64,000 nt of DNA, taken from Wickerhamiella versatilis. Its lineage: Eukaryota. The stretch is taken from the NCBI GenBank assembly GCA_030867685.1, contig JAQOWU010000003.1, positions 992,001-1,056,000 of the forward strand. Reading direction: 5' to 3'. Positions 53,636 through 63,750 of this stretch are shown here, piece after piece (positions within the stretch are counted from its first letter, which is position 1; every line of letters starts with the position of its first letter). The position numbers and the translations under genes were made by a program. Below the pieces are notes generated by a model. It ran no database searches, was not told the origin of the DNA, and saw only the letters and a list, made by a program, of their open reading frames with translations.

Positions 53636-54292
53636 TTAAAGGCTTTCAATGGCTTGTTTAATTGGAGTGTCACCATCAAGGAAGTCAATGTGTTTATGTA
53701 CTGTGTTGGGCGCGTGAAGTACCGCAGCTGCAACCAATGCTACGTTGGCACGACTAACACCTTTGTTCGACGCCTCCACGGGTGGATTCAACCAGATCTT
53801 CTCGGAAGGCTCATTGAAAGTCAATAACCCAGGCTTCAAAATAGTCCAATCGAGGCTCGAGTTTTCTAGGAATGCATCTGCCTTGGCTTTAGCCTCCGCA
53901 TAGTTTTGCAAAGGATGTCCTCCGACATATGGATGATTTGGTCCACTACCTAAGAAAGAGACCATGATGTACCTCTTGATTCCTAGAGCACGTGCAGCTT
54001 GAATGGATGTAACTGCGGCTTGATGGTCCACTGCGTCAGTTCTTTCTTTACCACCTTTGCCGCCGGCACCTGCACTCCACACGATCGCATCAGATCCCTT
54101 CAGATGAGCTTCAAAATCCTTTTGGGTTGCCTTTTCGATATCGAAAACCACAGGATCAGCCCCAGTGGCTCTGATGTCCGCTTCATGTGCAGGGTCCCTG
54201 AACAAGCTAACAACCTTGTCGCCCCGCTTGCTAAGGTATCTTGACAGCAACAATGCTACGCGACCATGACCACCAATAATTTTCACTATCAT
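53636..54292 (-). CDS. Atypical SDR / NAD(P)H-binding oxidoreductase (Ymr090w/YhfK-like family)
   Basis: GGHGRVA, VWSAGAGG, YAEAK, DWTILKPG and SRANVA. Confidence 0.92.
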   Translation of the reverse strand: MIVKIIGGHGRVALLLSRYLSKRGDKVVSLFRDPAHEADIRATGADPVVFDIEKATQKDFEAHLKGSDAIVWSAGAGGKGGKERTDAVDHQAAVTSIQAARALGIKRYIMVSFLGSGPNHPYVGGHPLQNYAEAKAKADAFLENSSLDWTILKPGLLTFNEPSEKIWLNPPVEASNKGVSRANVALVAAAVLHAPNTVHKHIDFLDGDTPIKQAIESL

Positions 54293-54570
54293 TGAAGAGG
54301 GTAAATAATATAGAACGGCTTTACCTAATTCCTCGAAGTATTCCTATATACCCGACGGTTGGTACCCAACCCTACGCCACCCGCGTATTTGCGATCGATC
54401 ACGCAATAATATATTTTTACAGAATGCTGTGAAAGTCCAAAAAGACCCAAAATATGGCTGGCACACAAAGCAATGGCTTTATGAAAAGCGTGTGGTCAGA
54501 ACATTCTGACCTATTGATGCAATATTTGATTCCATAGATGCACCCAAAGTCGGGTAGCATAAAATAAATA

Positions 54571-55107
54571 TTAATTCGTTTCGATATTAGAAATTTCAAC
54601 TCTGGTACGTTTCGGCTGTGGCTCATCTTCTCGGTAAGTATACATCTCTTCTAAAGACTTCAGATCCGGTACTTCAATTTGGGAAATTTCCTCACACCAG
54701 GCTTCATTAGCTAGGACTCCTGTCGTGTCGATTATTTCTATAATGTTCTGAGCTTCCTCTTTTGCACGACGAGAATCCTTAAGCCTCAATTCCTCAACCA
54801 AGCGAGCAACGGCCATGCCAATAGAGGTGAGTCTCAAATCAAAAAAGTCCTGGGTGAACTCGCGTACCAAAAGACTTTTTCCATCAACAATATCCTTACA
54901 CCATCGTTTGCAGGCATCACATACTTCACGCTGACGGTTTGATTCCTTCGCCATCCGTCGGGCCTGGTCCAATGCCTCCGAGATGTCACCCAGCGCCGTT
55001 CTCATCTCTCTTCTGCCAAGACTGAAATCAGATAGTGTATAACTCTCATCCGCAGAGAGCAGCCGGTGACACGCCTCGTTCAATAGGTGCTCTATTTCAC
55101 CTGCCAT
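54571..55107 (-). CDS. Hypothetical helical protein
   Basis: ATG-initiated 178 aa charged, helical ORF with a C-terminal NLS-like PKRTR. No family recognised. Confidence 0.6.
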   Translation of the reverse strand: MAGEIEHLLNEACHRLLSADESYTLSDFSLGRREMRTALGDISEALDQARRMAKESNRQREVCDACKRWCKDIVDGKSLLVREFTQDFFDLRLTSIGMAVARLVEELRLKDSRRAKEEAQNIIEIIDTTGVLANEAWCEEISQIEVPDLKSLEEMYTYREDEPQPKRTRVEISNIETN

Positions 55108-55297
55108 AGATATACGCGTACTGGGTTAGGGTGTTTTCCTTATGTTTTCAGGAACCTATGTATTTCACTTCCATTTTGCTCAGAAAGGGACCAATTATAG
55201 TCCAATGTAAACTATAAACTAGCATATAAATACCTCAAGATCTCAATTAAAACCTATACTGCAAAAAGCTTTTTACGCACCACCATCCATCTGCCTC

Positions 55298-56794
55298 TCA
55301 ACTGTTGTATTGTGGAGTTTCAAGAATATCCTTGCTCCGGACCTCGGGCTTGAAAGACTTGTCACTATTATCGCGATCATTAGCAATTCGTTTCATTTCC
55401 TTCACTATGTTAGATGCCCAGAAATTCGTTGTGAATTTATTCACATACTTAAGCAATAGGGAGTGATTTTCCTCTCTCTTATCATCTGGCATCGTCAGTG
55501 CCTTCATGAATGCCTCTGACATTTCTTCCATATCCCATGGGTTAACGATAATGCTACCATTGAGCGACTGTGCTGCTCCTGTAAACTCAGATAGGATCAA
55601 CTGACCGTGCTTTTCTAATTGACAGGCAATGTACTCATATGCGACAAGATTCATACCGTCCCGAGTTGAACTTACAACACACACATCAGACAGGGCATAG
55701 AGAGCAATCAACTCGTGGAAATCAATGCTTTTGTGCAAATAGTGGATAGGTTGGAATTCAGCAGTGCCATACTTACCATTGATTCGTCCCACAAGCTCAT
55801 TCACGACAGCTCTAAGATTTTGGTAATCCTCGACATCTTGTCGCGATGGCACTGCCACCTGGATTAGAATAACCTTTCCAATCCATTCAGGGTGCTCAGT
55901 TAAAAAGATGTTGAAAGCATTGAACTTATGTGGAAGTCCTTTGATGTAGTCTAAGCGATCAATACCCAAGCATACCTTATAGCCTGAGAAAATTTTGCGC
56001 AATTGCTTGATTCGCTCGATTACCGACGGTACTTTCAGACCTTCAGAAAACCGTTTTGGATCCGTTCCTAGAGGGAATACGCCTACAGAAACTGGACGGT
56101 CAAACGTAACACCCACTGGAGATATTTCGAGCTGCAGGACTGAGTTGACGGAGCTCAGGAAATGGCGAACGTAGTCATAGGTATGAAACCCGATCAGGTC
56201 ACTCTGCAATACACCAAGAAGAATCTCCTGTCTTACAGGCAAGATACGATATATTTCAGATGTGGGAAATGGCGTGTGAAGGAAAAAAGCAATTTCGATA
56301 CGTCGCGGATTATGACCAGCGGCCTGAAGCTCTTCTCTGATCATGGCTGGCAACAACATAAGATGATAATCATGAACCCAGATAAGATCACCCGGCTTAT
56401 ATACATCAGCCACTGCCTTTGCGAATACCCTATTTGCAAGAGTATATGCCTCCCAGCTTTCATCGTCAAAGTTCATTTCACCAGGATGATAATGAAAGAG
56501 AGGCCATAAAATCGAATTAGAAAAGCCATTATAATACAACTCCGCCAATTCCTCGTTCAAAAATACGGGATGACAGTCAAATTCTTGGTTTAAGGCTTCA
56601 GTGACCGTATCCCTCGATTCGTCTGGAACTGGAATGCCTGACCAGCCTAGCCAAAGCAACCCACTAAGAGAACTCAAAGCACTTACAAGCCCACCACTAC
56701 TCTTAACGTAAGAATAACGTTTATTGACATTGTCGTAAGTGATAGTGACGGGCAAGCGGTTAGAAACGGCGAGCACACGTCCTCGTTCTGACAT
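55298..56794 (-). CDS. TPS1: Trehalose-6-phosphate synthase
   Basis: VSNRLPV, SSGGLVSAL, WVHDYHL, FFLHTPFP, DRLDYIKG and DGMNLV. No phosphatase domain. ATG at 56794. Confidence 0.95.
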   Translation of the reverse strand: MSERGRVLAVSNRLPVTITYDNVNKRYSYVKSSGGLVSALSSLSGLLWLGWSGIPVPDESRDTVTEALNQEFDCHPVFLNEELAELYYNGFSNSILWPLFHYHPGEMNFDDESWEAYTLANRVFAKAVADVYKPGDLIWVHDYHLMLLPAMIREELQAAGHNPRRIEIAFFLHTPFPTSEIYRILPVRQEILLGVLQSDLIGFHTYDYVRHFLSSVNSVLQLEISPVGVTFDRPVSVGVFPLGTDPKRFSEGLKVPSVIERIKQLRKIFSGYKVCLGIDRLDYIKGLPHKFNAFNIFLTEHPEWIGKVILIQVAVPSRQDVEDYQNLRAVVNELVGRINGKYGTAEFQPIHYLHKSIDFHELIALYALSDVCVVSSTRDGMNLVAYEYIACQLEKHGQLILSEFTGAAQSLNGSIIVNPWDMEEMSEAFMKALTMPDDKREENHSLLLKYVNKFTTNFWASNIVKEMKRIANDRDNSDKSFKPEVRSKDILETPQYNS

Positions 56795-57135
56795 GCGCCA
56801 CTGACAAATCAATACGACCGATAGTAAGTTGCTATATGTCTATGCTTTGTTGATTGATAGGAGCCAAGTAAATAGTAATAAAGAAAAAAGCAAACAATGG
56901 GGAGGCTAGAAAGATTTGACTGTGTTCCTATACATATCAAAGGACGACTGGCATGAATAATATTGACCGAATAGTCACGACTTCATATTTTGTCGTCATT
57001 TCATGCGAATTAAGTCCCTATTGCCGCACTTACCAGTAATCTAAATAGTACCTCTCTCGTAAAAAAAGAGCTCTTCTGAATGCCGGTCGTAGGATATAAT
57101 AATAAACACCTACCCTTACTCAGCCGTCAGCGGCG

Positions 57136-58452
57136 ATGGAGGACTCCTTTTCCTCGATCGTCGCGGCTACGAACAAGAACTTTACTGGGCTGTCCCGGAC
57201 GATGGCTTATACCGCTAAGGCATTAGGTCGCGGAAATATATCAACTGACGAGAACTATCAACGCGCCATGGCAGATATAACAAAGCGCTCATTCCAACAG
57301 CGGCTCTTCAGTTTTCAGAAGCGCTCGCCGAGCGAAATAATTAAAGCACAGTGCGACCAACTGCCTGAAGAGTTACTGCATGATATCCCGGAACCTGCAA
57401 CGTCTTATTCGCTATATGCGGGTTACGAGGCTGCAGTATCCAATGAAAATACTCCAGAAATGCAAGCCATTCGTAAGGAATTGGCTGCAGACGAGTTGCG
57501 ATCCATAGAAAGACAAATTGCAGACCTTCAGGAGAAACGAAAGGCTGTTTTTGAGAACGTTACAGGAGCATTGGATGGGTCGTCAAGGCAAAATAAAACC
57601 TTGTTACGTTTCTATCCAGCTGGGGAGCAGATAAGCTTGTTGAATACCGGATATGATCAAGATGTACCTCTTTCCCTTGAGGAGCCTTTCGGCTCATTGG
57701 CTGTAGCTTGTGGGAGCGAGGTCCAAATGTGGGACCTAGCCAGTAACACCCTAACCCATTCACACCACGCTCCGAGGCATACCCCGGTAACCTGCGTGCA
57801 GCAGCAGAAGAATATCGTTGTGGCAGGTACTAAAGCTTCTAATATATATCTATGGCAGCATGGCGAACTCGAATTTCGAGGACATATGGGTGGCATTACG
57901 TGCATCCATCTCGCGGACCCTACGCTGGTAAGTGGGTCTATGGACAAAACGCTGAGACAGTGGGATGTAGCATCGGGCCGTTGCAGACAGACGCTGGATG
58001 TACAAGAGGCAGGGATACCATGGTGTTTACAGCATTTTGACGCAGCACTCGCAACTGGTACAGATGACGGCCTTGTTCGCCTGTGGGACCTCCGAAGCGG
58101 CGCCGTTGTCCGTAAGTTGGCCGGGCACGAGAGCCCTGTGACTTCTTTGCAGTTTGACAATCAACATCTGGTTAGTGGCTCGGCAGATGGAAGCGTACGC
58201 ATTCATGACCTTCGCGGTGGCAACGTGGTCGATGCATTCAATCTATCCTGCGGCATCCTTAACTTGAGGTTTGATAATGAAAAAATCGCTGCCGCAACAG
58301 GCGAGCCAGGGGTACGTATTTATGATTTAGGCACGAAGGAACATACACTCGTGGGATCATCCGAAGTAGCCGGGGCAGTGAGTGTTGCATTGAAGGATGG
58401 CTATCTGGTAGAGGGCCGCAAGGATGGTAAGGTAGGCATATGGGCTGTATAA
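57136..58452 (+). CDS. MDV1: Mitochondrial fission WD40 adaptor Mdv1/Caf4
   Basis: Fis1-binding-type LPEELLHDIP...SYSLYAGY, a short coiled coil and WD40 repeats (DAALATGTDDGLVRLWDLRSG), ending GIWAV. Confidence 0.88.
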   Translation: MEDSFSSIVAATNKNFTGLSRTMAYTAKALGRGNISTDENYQRAMADITKRSFQQRLFSFQKRSPSEIIKAQCDQLPEELLHDIPEPATSYSLYAGYEAAVSNENTPEMQAIRKELAADELRSIERQIADLQEKRKAVFENVTGALDGSSRQNKTLLRFYPAGEQISLLNTGYDQDVPLSLEEPFGSLAVACGSEVQMWDLASNTLTHSHHAPRHTPVTCVQQQKNIVVAGTKASNIYLWQHGELEFRGHMGGITCIHLADPTLVSGSMDKTLRQWDVASGRCRQTLDVQEAGIPWCLQHFDAALATGTDDGLVRLWDLRSGAVVRKLAGHESPVTSLQFDNQHLVSGSADGSVRIHDLRGGNVVDAFNLSCGILNLRFDNEKIAAATGEPGVRIYDLGTKEHTLVGSSEVAGAVSVALKDGYLVEGRKDGKVGIWAV

Positions 58453-58599
58453 AAAATATAGAGTGGTGGCTCAGATAACAGTTAGTGAGGACATAAGGAT
58501 TAAAAAAAATGACTTGAATGTTCATCTATGCACAATAATAATCGGACAATACAACAAAATATGTATAAATATGGGTAAAATAAATTTGTGAAAAACTTT

Positions 58600-58797
58600 T
58601 CACTTTCCATAAGAACGCGTATTCTCGGTTCTAAGGTCCGCATTCCCGTCATCATCCTCAGTATCAGCCCCGATGCGGCTACTTCGCTGAGGGCAACCTA
58701 TGATATTTGGTGCGGCAACAGTGAGCACTGATACAACGGCAGTCGCATAAAACATCGTGGTCGAAAGGTTTCTGCGAACCGATCCTCGAATATACAT
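58600..58797 (-). CDS. COA2: Cytochrome c oxidase assembly factor Coa2-like
   Basis: Small protein with R..LSTTMFYAT, a hydrophobic helix and I.CP, the pattern of Coa2. Confidence 0.7.
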   Translation of the reverse strand: MYIRGSVRRNLSTTMFYATAVVSVLTVAAPNIIGCPQRSSRIGADTEDDDGNADLRTENTRSYGK

Positions 58798-59018
58798 GGC
58801 CAAGTATCGCTCAAACTGTGATAGAGAAAGATTACGAATTTGTGTCGCGCTTACTGGTCAGTTCCCACCCACATGATTTCTACCTGCATATGAGGGCGTG
58901 ATCCAGGCTATAGCCACCCCAAATATCATTTATTTGCACGAAAAATAGTGTAGATTTAAGACTTTTAAATTTTTGTAGTATGTCTGAACTCTGGAGTTCT
59001 AGATGCAGCTAGATAAGA

Positions 59019-60614
59019 TTATCTGGGCATAGGTGGCTGCTGGGCATCATCCTGTTTGTTAATGACAGTCTCATCTACGCTCAGAATTGTGCACGCCGCC
59101 TCTGTTGCGGAGGCCAAGGCATTTATTTTGACGAGTGCTGGCTCCCAGACGAACCTCTCGAAGTTGTCGGCAACACTGCCAGTTTGGAAGTTTACCCCGG
59201 CCCAGCGGTCGCCCTTGTAATGCCGCATACGCAGGAGATTAAGAATATCAACACCATCAAAGCCTGCATTCTCACATAGCTGGCGGGGGATGACTTCGAG
59301 AGCTCGTGCGAAGGCGCCCTCGATAAGTTGCTCTCGGCCAGCTATCCGCATAGAGTCCTCCCGCAGGTATTTCGACACCGCCATTTCGCAAGCACCACCA
59401 CCAGCAACGACCTCTGAGTGCTGGACTGCCCGTTTCACCACCATGATTGCGTCATGGAGACTGCGCTCCGTTTCGGCGATGAATTGCTCAGAGCCACCAC
59501 GCAGAATTAACGTACAAGTCTTTGCCTTAGGGCATCCAGTGAAGAGGTTGAATCGCTCGCCACCAACCTGGCGTTCCTCGAAATCTGCGCAAGTCCCCAA
59601 ACCAGTGAGGTCGGTCACTGTAGAGGCGACGTCAGCACCCGTGGCGGTGACAAGACGCTCCATGTCGTCAGAAGAAACGCGGCCGGCGCAAAATATGTCT
59701 CTATCAGCAAAGTATTGAGTGGCCAAATCGCCGATGGGGAGCTTCGAAAGCACCACCTTGGCACCTGTGGTGGCTATGGCCTCAAGCTTTTGCAAAATGA
59801 TGGACCATTCGGCGTCCACCACCTCTTGGTAGTCCTCCACTTTTTCTACCCGAACCTCTGCGTTATCCTTTTCAGCCTTGAGCTCCAGCTCAATATCGAG
59901 GCAGGCAATCAAAGGATCCTTGAAATGTTTTGGCTGCTGCTCGAAGCCAGCATAGCTGAATGTCTTCTTGAAGGCACAGCCATCCACAAATAAAGAGTCC
60001 TCAATCGAGCCACCGGGCACCTTCTTGATTCCAATCATATGCTCATTAAGGTCCGCCTGGAGCACAGCATCCACGACCATCTTGGTGAAAAAGTCTGAAT
60101 TTTGACTCACAATCTTCGAGCTCAGAGCAGTAGCGGCCACCCGCTGCAGCAAAGGCCGACGCTCTTGTTCGGACACCGTCACGGCCACGCTGCGAATAAA
60201 AGCTATGGCCTTGCGAAGAGCACGTCTATAGCTTTTGATGAGTGTTTGAACAGGTACATTATCCTCAATAAAACTCTTGGCCTCACGCAAGAGCTCTCCA
60301 CTCAGGATTGTCACTGTGGATGTACCATCGCCAACCTCGGCATCCTGGCTACGTGAAATATCTACTATGAGCTTTGCAGCAGGATGTACAACATCAAGAA
60401 GCTTTAGAATAGTGGCACCGTCATTTGAAATGGTCGTTTGACCTCTCTCATTCACCAACATGACATCTGATCCCATGGGACCCAGGGTTGGACGCAAAAC
60501 CTCCTGGACTGCGATGCATGCGTTGATATTGCTGATAGTCTGACCCTTTCCTTGAGAAGTGTCGGTTCCTTCCCGCAAAACCACAATCGTCGGGGGCGCT
60601 GAGAGTCCGTTCAT
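59019..60614 (-). CDS. CCT7: Chaperonin CCT eta subunit
   Basis: [28 protein letters not shown] and [14 protein letters not shown]. Confidence 0.97.
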   Translation of the reverse strand: MNGLSAPPTIVVLREGTDTSQGKGQTISNINACIAVQEVLRPTLGPMGSDVMLVNERGQTTISNDGATILKLLDVVHPAAKLIVDISRSQDAEVGDGTSTVTILSGELLREAKSFIEDNVPVQTLIKSYRRALRKAIAFIRSVAVTVSEQERRPLLQRVAATALSSKIVSQNSDFFTKMVVDAVLQADLNEHMIGIKKVPGGSIEDSLFVDGCAFKKTFSYAGFEQQPKHFKDPLIACLDIELELKAEKDNAEVRVEKVEDYQEVVDAEWSIILQKLEAIATTGAKVVLSKLPIGDLATQYFADRDIFCAGRVSSDDMERLVTATGADVASTVTDLTGLGTCADFEERQVGGERFNLFTGCPKAKTCTLILRGGSEQFIAETERSLHDAIMVVKRAVQHSEVVAGGGACEMAVSKYLREDSMRIAGREQLIEGAFARALEVIPRQLCENAGFDGVDILNLLRMRHYKGDRWAGVNFQTGSVADNFERFVWEPALVKINALASATEAACTILSVDETVINKQDDAQQPPMPR

Positions 60615-61109
60615 TTCCGCCCTCTCAACTTTGGTTAGTCAGAAAATTCTCGCGAGTAGTTATAAGCTGAGTAACGCGGTTTGGAGTTTTTTCTTTGTGC
60701 GGAATTCCACTGCATTCGTGTTGCTCGTCGTCTCCGATATCCCACGGTGTGGCGAGCGTCAAGCAGCTGGATAGATCAAAAAGAAACAAAGAAGGTTATC
60801 TTAGCGTTCGTCGTGGCCTAAGTCGCGCTCGCCTTGCAAGTGAAGTCGTGTTGCGGTCGCGAGAACCGGTAAACCTAACATATTTTATAGTAGCCAGTCT
60901 GGATATGCCTCGATGTTTAGCGTTGAGGTCATGCTTGGCTGGTAATAATAGATCTAGATGATCAATAGTAACTTTTCTAACGCTTCTGCCTGCACTTAAC
61001 GATTGACGTAATTTGTCATACCGGCACCACCTGCACTTAGAGGAATTAAAAAAAGCATATAAGCGACGTGGCCGTTATTACATATTTGCATAGAACACAC
61101 CAGGTTTAA

Positions 61110-62033
61110 ATGGGAAAGCCTCTTACGATTCTGGGTGCTTCGTTCTCGGGTGGACAAGGTCGACAGGGTGTCGACGATGCGCCACCCCTTATTGAAAAGG
61201 CGGGCCTCGCTGATGAGTGCAAGAAGCTGGGCTGGTCGCCTGAATGGAACCACCTGACGTTCAGTGAGCCCAAAGACGATACTGTGGTAAACAATATGAA
61301 ACGTCCTCGTTATGTTTCCTCGGCAGCCAAGAAAATCTATGAGTCCGTTTCACAGACGTTGAAGGATGGGCGGTTCCCCTTGACTATTGGCGGTGACCAC
61401 AGTATCGCTATCGGCACTGTTGCCGGCGTTCTATCGGCACATCCAGATGCGGTGGTGCTCTGGATAGATGCACATGCCGATATTAATACACCTGAGGCTA
61501 CGCTCTCAGGAAACTTGCATGGATGCCCGCTGTCTTTCATCACAGGTATTGACAACCAGGATAAAACAGATAATGATTTGTTCAGCTGGGTTCCTCGGGG
61601 CAAGCTTGATTGGAGCCGCCTGGCCTACATCGGACTGCGTGACGTCGATGAGTTCGAAAAGCAGCTCATCCGCGAAAAAGGCATTGCTGCATACTCCATG
61701 CACGATATTGACCGTCATGGTATCGCCAAGGTAATGGACATGGCCCTCGAGCGGGTAAACCCAGGTCTCAAGCGTCCCATTCACCTGTCTTTTGATGTGG
61801 ATGCGACGGACCCTATGTTCTGTGCCCCCAGCACCGGGACTCCGGTTCGCGGTGGGTTGACTTGGCGTGAGGCCTGCTATGTTTGTGAGGCGGTTGCCGA
61901 GACCGACAAACTCGTAGCTATGGATCTTGTAGAGATCAACCCCCACATTGGTGAGCATGATAACCATGTCGCAGAGACAGTGCTTTGTGGTATCGCCCTG
62001 GTGAAATCTGCCTTGGGACAATTGCTACTGTAG
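61110..62033 (+). CDS. CAR1: Arginase
   Basis: GGDHS, DAHADINT, SGNLHG, SFDVDA and TGTPVRGG. Confidence 0.97.
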   Translation: MGKPLTILGASFSGGQGRQGVDDAPPLIEKAGLADECKKLGWSPEWNHLTFSEPKDDTVVNNMKRPRYVSSAAKKIYESVSQTLKDGRFPLTIGGDHSIAIGTVAGVLSAHPDAVVLWIDAHADINTPEATLSGNLHGCPLSFITGIDNQDKTDNDLFSWVPRGKLDWSRLAYIGLRDVDEFEKQLIREKGIAAYSMHDIDRHGIAKVMDMALERVNPGLKRPIHLSFDVDATDPMFCAPSTGTPVRGGLTWREACYVCEAVAETDKLVAMDLVEINPHIGEHDNHVAETVLCGIALVKSALGQLLL

Positions 62034-62053
62034 CTAGTAGTCTAAATAGAGCT

Positions 62054-63379
62054 CTAAATAGAGATATATGGCTTTAGACCCTTGAGCCTTTCCACGGCAT
62101 CGTCCAGTACGTCGTCGTCCTTGCAGATGGCAAAGCGGAGGTAGTTCTCCAATAGGGGTGCAGCCCTCGGTGTGGTGAATTCGCTCGGGGGAATTGCGAC
62201 CACACCAAGAGTGTAAATGAGCCAAATAGCGAGGGCAAAGTCACGAGGACGGTGCGCCACTTCCTCAGGAACCTTCCAGTCTGCCGGTACCTTAACCCGG
62301 GAAAAGTTCACCAGGACAAAGTATCCACCTTCTGGAATGGAATAGGTGAGTCCCAGCTCATCAAAAACACTGGTGAAGCGCTTGATCTTGCCCTTGAAAG
62401 CCTCTATTGTCTTGTTATAGTAGTCATGCTTTGGTGCTTGCTCAAATGCTTCGGTAATTGCGACCTGGCAGGGGCTATTAATGCTGAACACGATACGAGT
62501 GTGGGCCGCTGCAACCCATTTGATCAATTCAGCGGGACCTATCAGCCATCCAATGCGCCATCCGGTGGCAGCAAACGTTTTCCCACCACTACCCACCGTA
62601 AGAGTGTGCTGGTATATTTCCGGAGAGAGGGTAGCGATACGGGTGAATTCAGAATAGTATAGCCGGTCATATACCTCATCACTGAGTATGATGATCCCAT
62701 GCTTGACACAGGTGTCCCCAATTCGTTGTAATTCGTCGCGGGTGAATACCTTGCCTAGAGGATTATGCGGGCTGTTCAAGACAACAATCTTGGTACGTGG
62801 GGTAATGGCTTGTTCAAATTCTTCCCAGTCAATAGACCATTCATTTGCTGATGAGCTCCTTGTATCAGCGTCTTTAGGCGGGTGCAGGGGCACGTATTTA
62901 ACCTTGCCGCCAGGAAGCTTGATGTTTGGAATGTACTGATCAAAGTATGGTTCAAAGACAATTGCCTCATCATCCTGGTCCAGGAACGCTGTAAAGGCGG
63001 AATACATTCCTTCGTTGGCACCTGCGGTCACCACGACATCCGTCTTGGGGTTGATGTTATATCCCTTGAATAACGGATTATAAGCATCTGCAATAGCTTT
63101 CTGTAACTGGGGACGCCCACGGGTGGGGCTATATTGGTTCTGGCTCGGCACATCAAACGCCTTCTTTGCCGCATCGATCGCGAATTTAGGCGGGGAGTAA
63201 CTAAAGAATCCCTGGCCGAGGTTGGCAACAGGCTTGCCTAGAGCAGCTTCAGCTTCAGCAGCTGTAGTATTAATTAATGTCCACACATCCTTCTCCTGCT
63301 GTGAAACGTGACTGCTTGGTTTGATCCAGCTCATCTTGGACTGGAGTCGACGGGCACAGGTTGATAAGGCACGTGACAT
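62054..63379 (-). CDS. BNA3: Kynurenine aminotransferase (class I PLP enzyme)
   Basis: NLGQGF, NQYSPTRG, NSPHNPLGKVF, SDEVY and GKTFAATGWRIGW. Start uncertain (ATGs at 63397, 63379 and 63334). Confidence 0.92.
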   Translation of the reverse strand: MSRALSTCARRLQSKMSWIKPSSHVSQQEKDVWTLINTTAAEAEAALGKPVANLGQGFFSYSPPKFAIDAAKKAFDVPSQNQYSPTRGRPQLQKAIADAYNPLFKGYNINPKTDVVVTAGANEGMYSAFTAFLDQDDEAIVFEPYFDQYIPNIKLPGGKVKYVPLHPPKDADTRSSSANEWSIDWEEFEQAITPRTKIVVLNSPHNPLGKVFTRDELQRIGDTCVKHGIIILSDEVYDRLYYSEFTRIATLSPEIYQHTLTVGSGGKTFAATGWRIGWLIGPAELIKWVAAAHTRIVFSINSPCQVAITEAFEQAPKHDYYNKTIEAFKGKIKRFTSVFDELGLTYSIPEGGYFVLVNFSRVKVPADWKVPEEVAHRPRDFALAIWLIYTLGVVAIPPSEFTTPRAAPLLENYLRFAICKDDDVLDDAVERLKGLKPYISI

Positions 63380-63750
63380 TACATCACCACTGAGCATCCT
63401 TACCGGGGTATCAGTCAGATGGTGCTTTAGCTTAATCGCTGCTGACAAGCTAGTTGACAAGCTAGATAGTCATATATATATATATGTATTGTCCAACCAG
63501 TCTCAGGTAGTATATGTTTGACCAAAAACATGGCAAATTTTATTCTTTTTTTAAAAAAAGTATCTATAGATATTGACGAAAGTCTAACTAATGGGTCAAT
63601 ATCTATGTATACTGGTTTCTACGGTCAGTAAAATAAGTGAAAATTATTAGATATTCTTGGTTCTTTATAAAAGAGATTTCGAGAAAACGTCTTAGCTTAG
63701 GCAACTTGCACCGGATATTGTGTGACGACATTGTTCCATTCCATCAGGGG

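Noticed and set aside
61630..61645. Alternative yeast genetic code (CUG=Ser/Ala)
   Set aside because: CTG occupies the conserved Leu of arginase GLRD, which supports the standard code.
16296..62021. Many antisense and alternative-frame ORFs of 60-184 aa in the ORF track
   Set aside because: They lie inside well-supported genes, mostly on the antisense frame, often with non-ATG starts, so they are shadow ORFs.
38562..63379. MEU1-CAR1-BNA3 as a polyamine/methionine-salvage cluster
   Set aside because: MEU1 is over 21 kb from the other two, with unrelated genes between, and no shared motif is evident.
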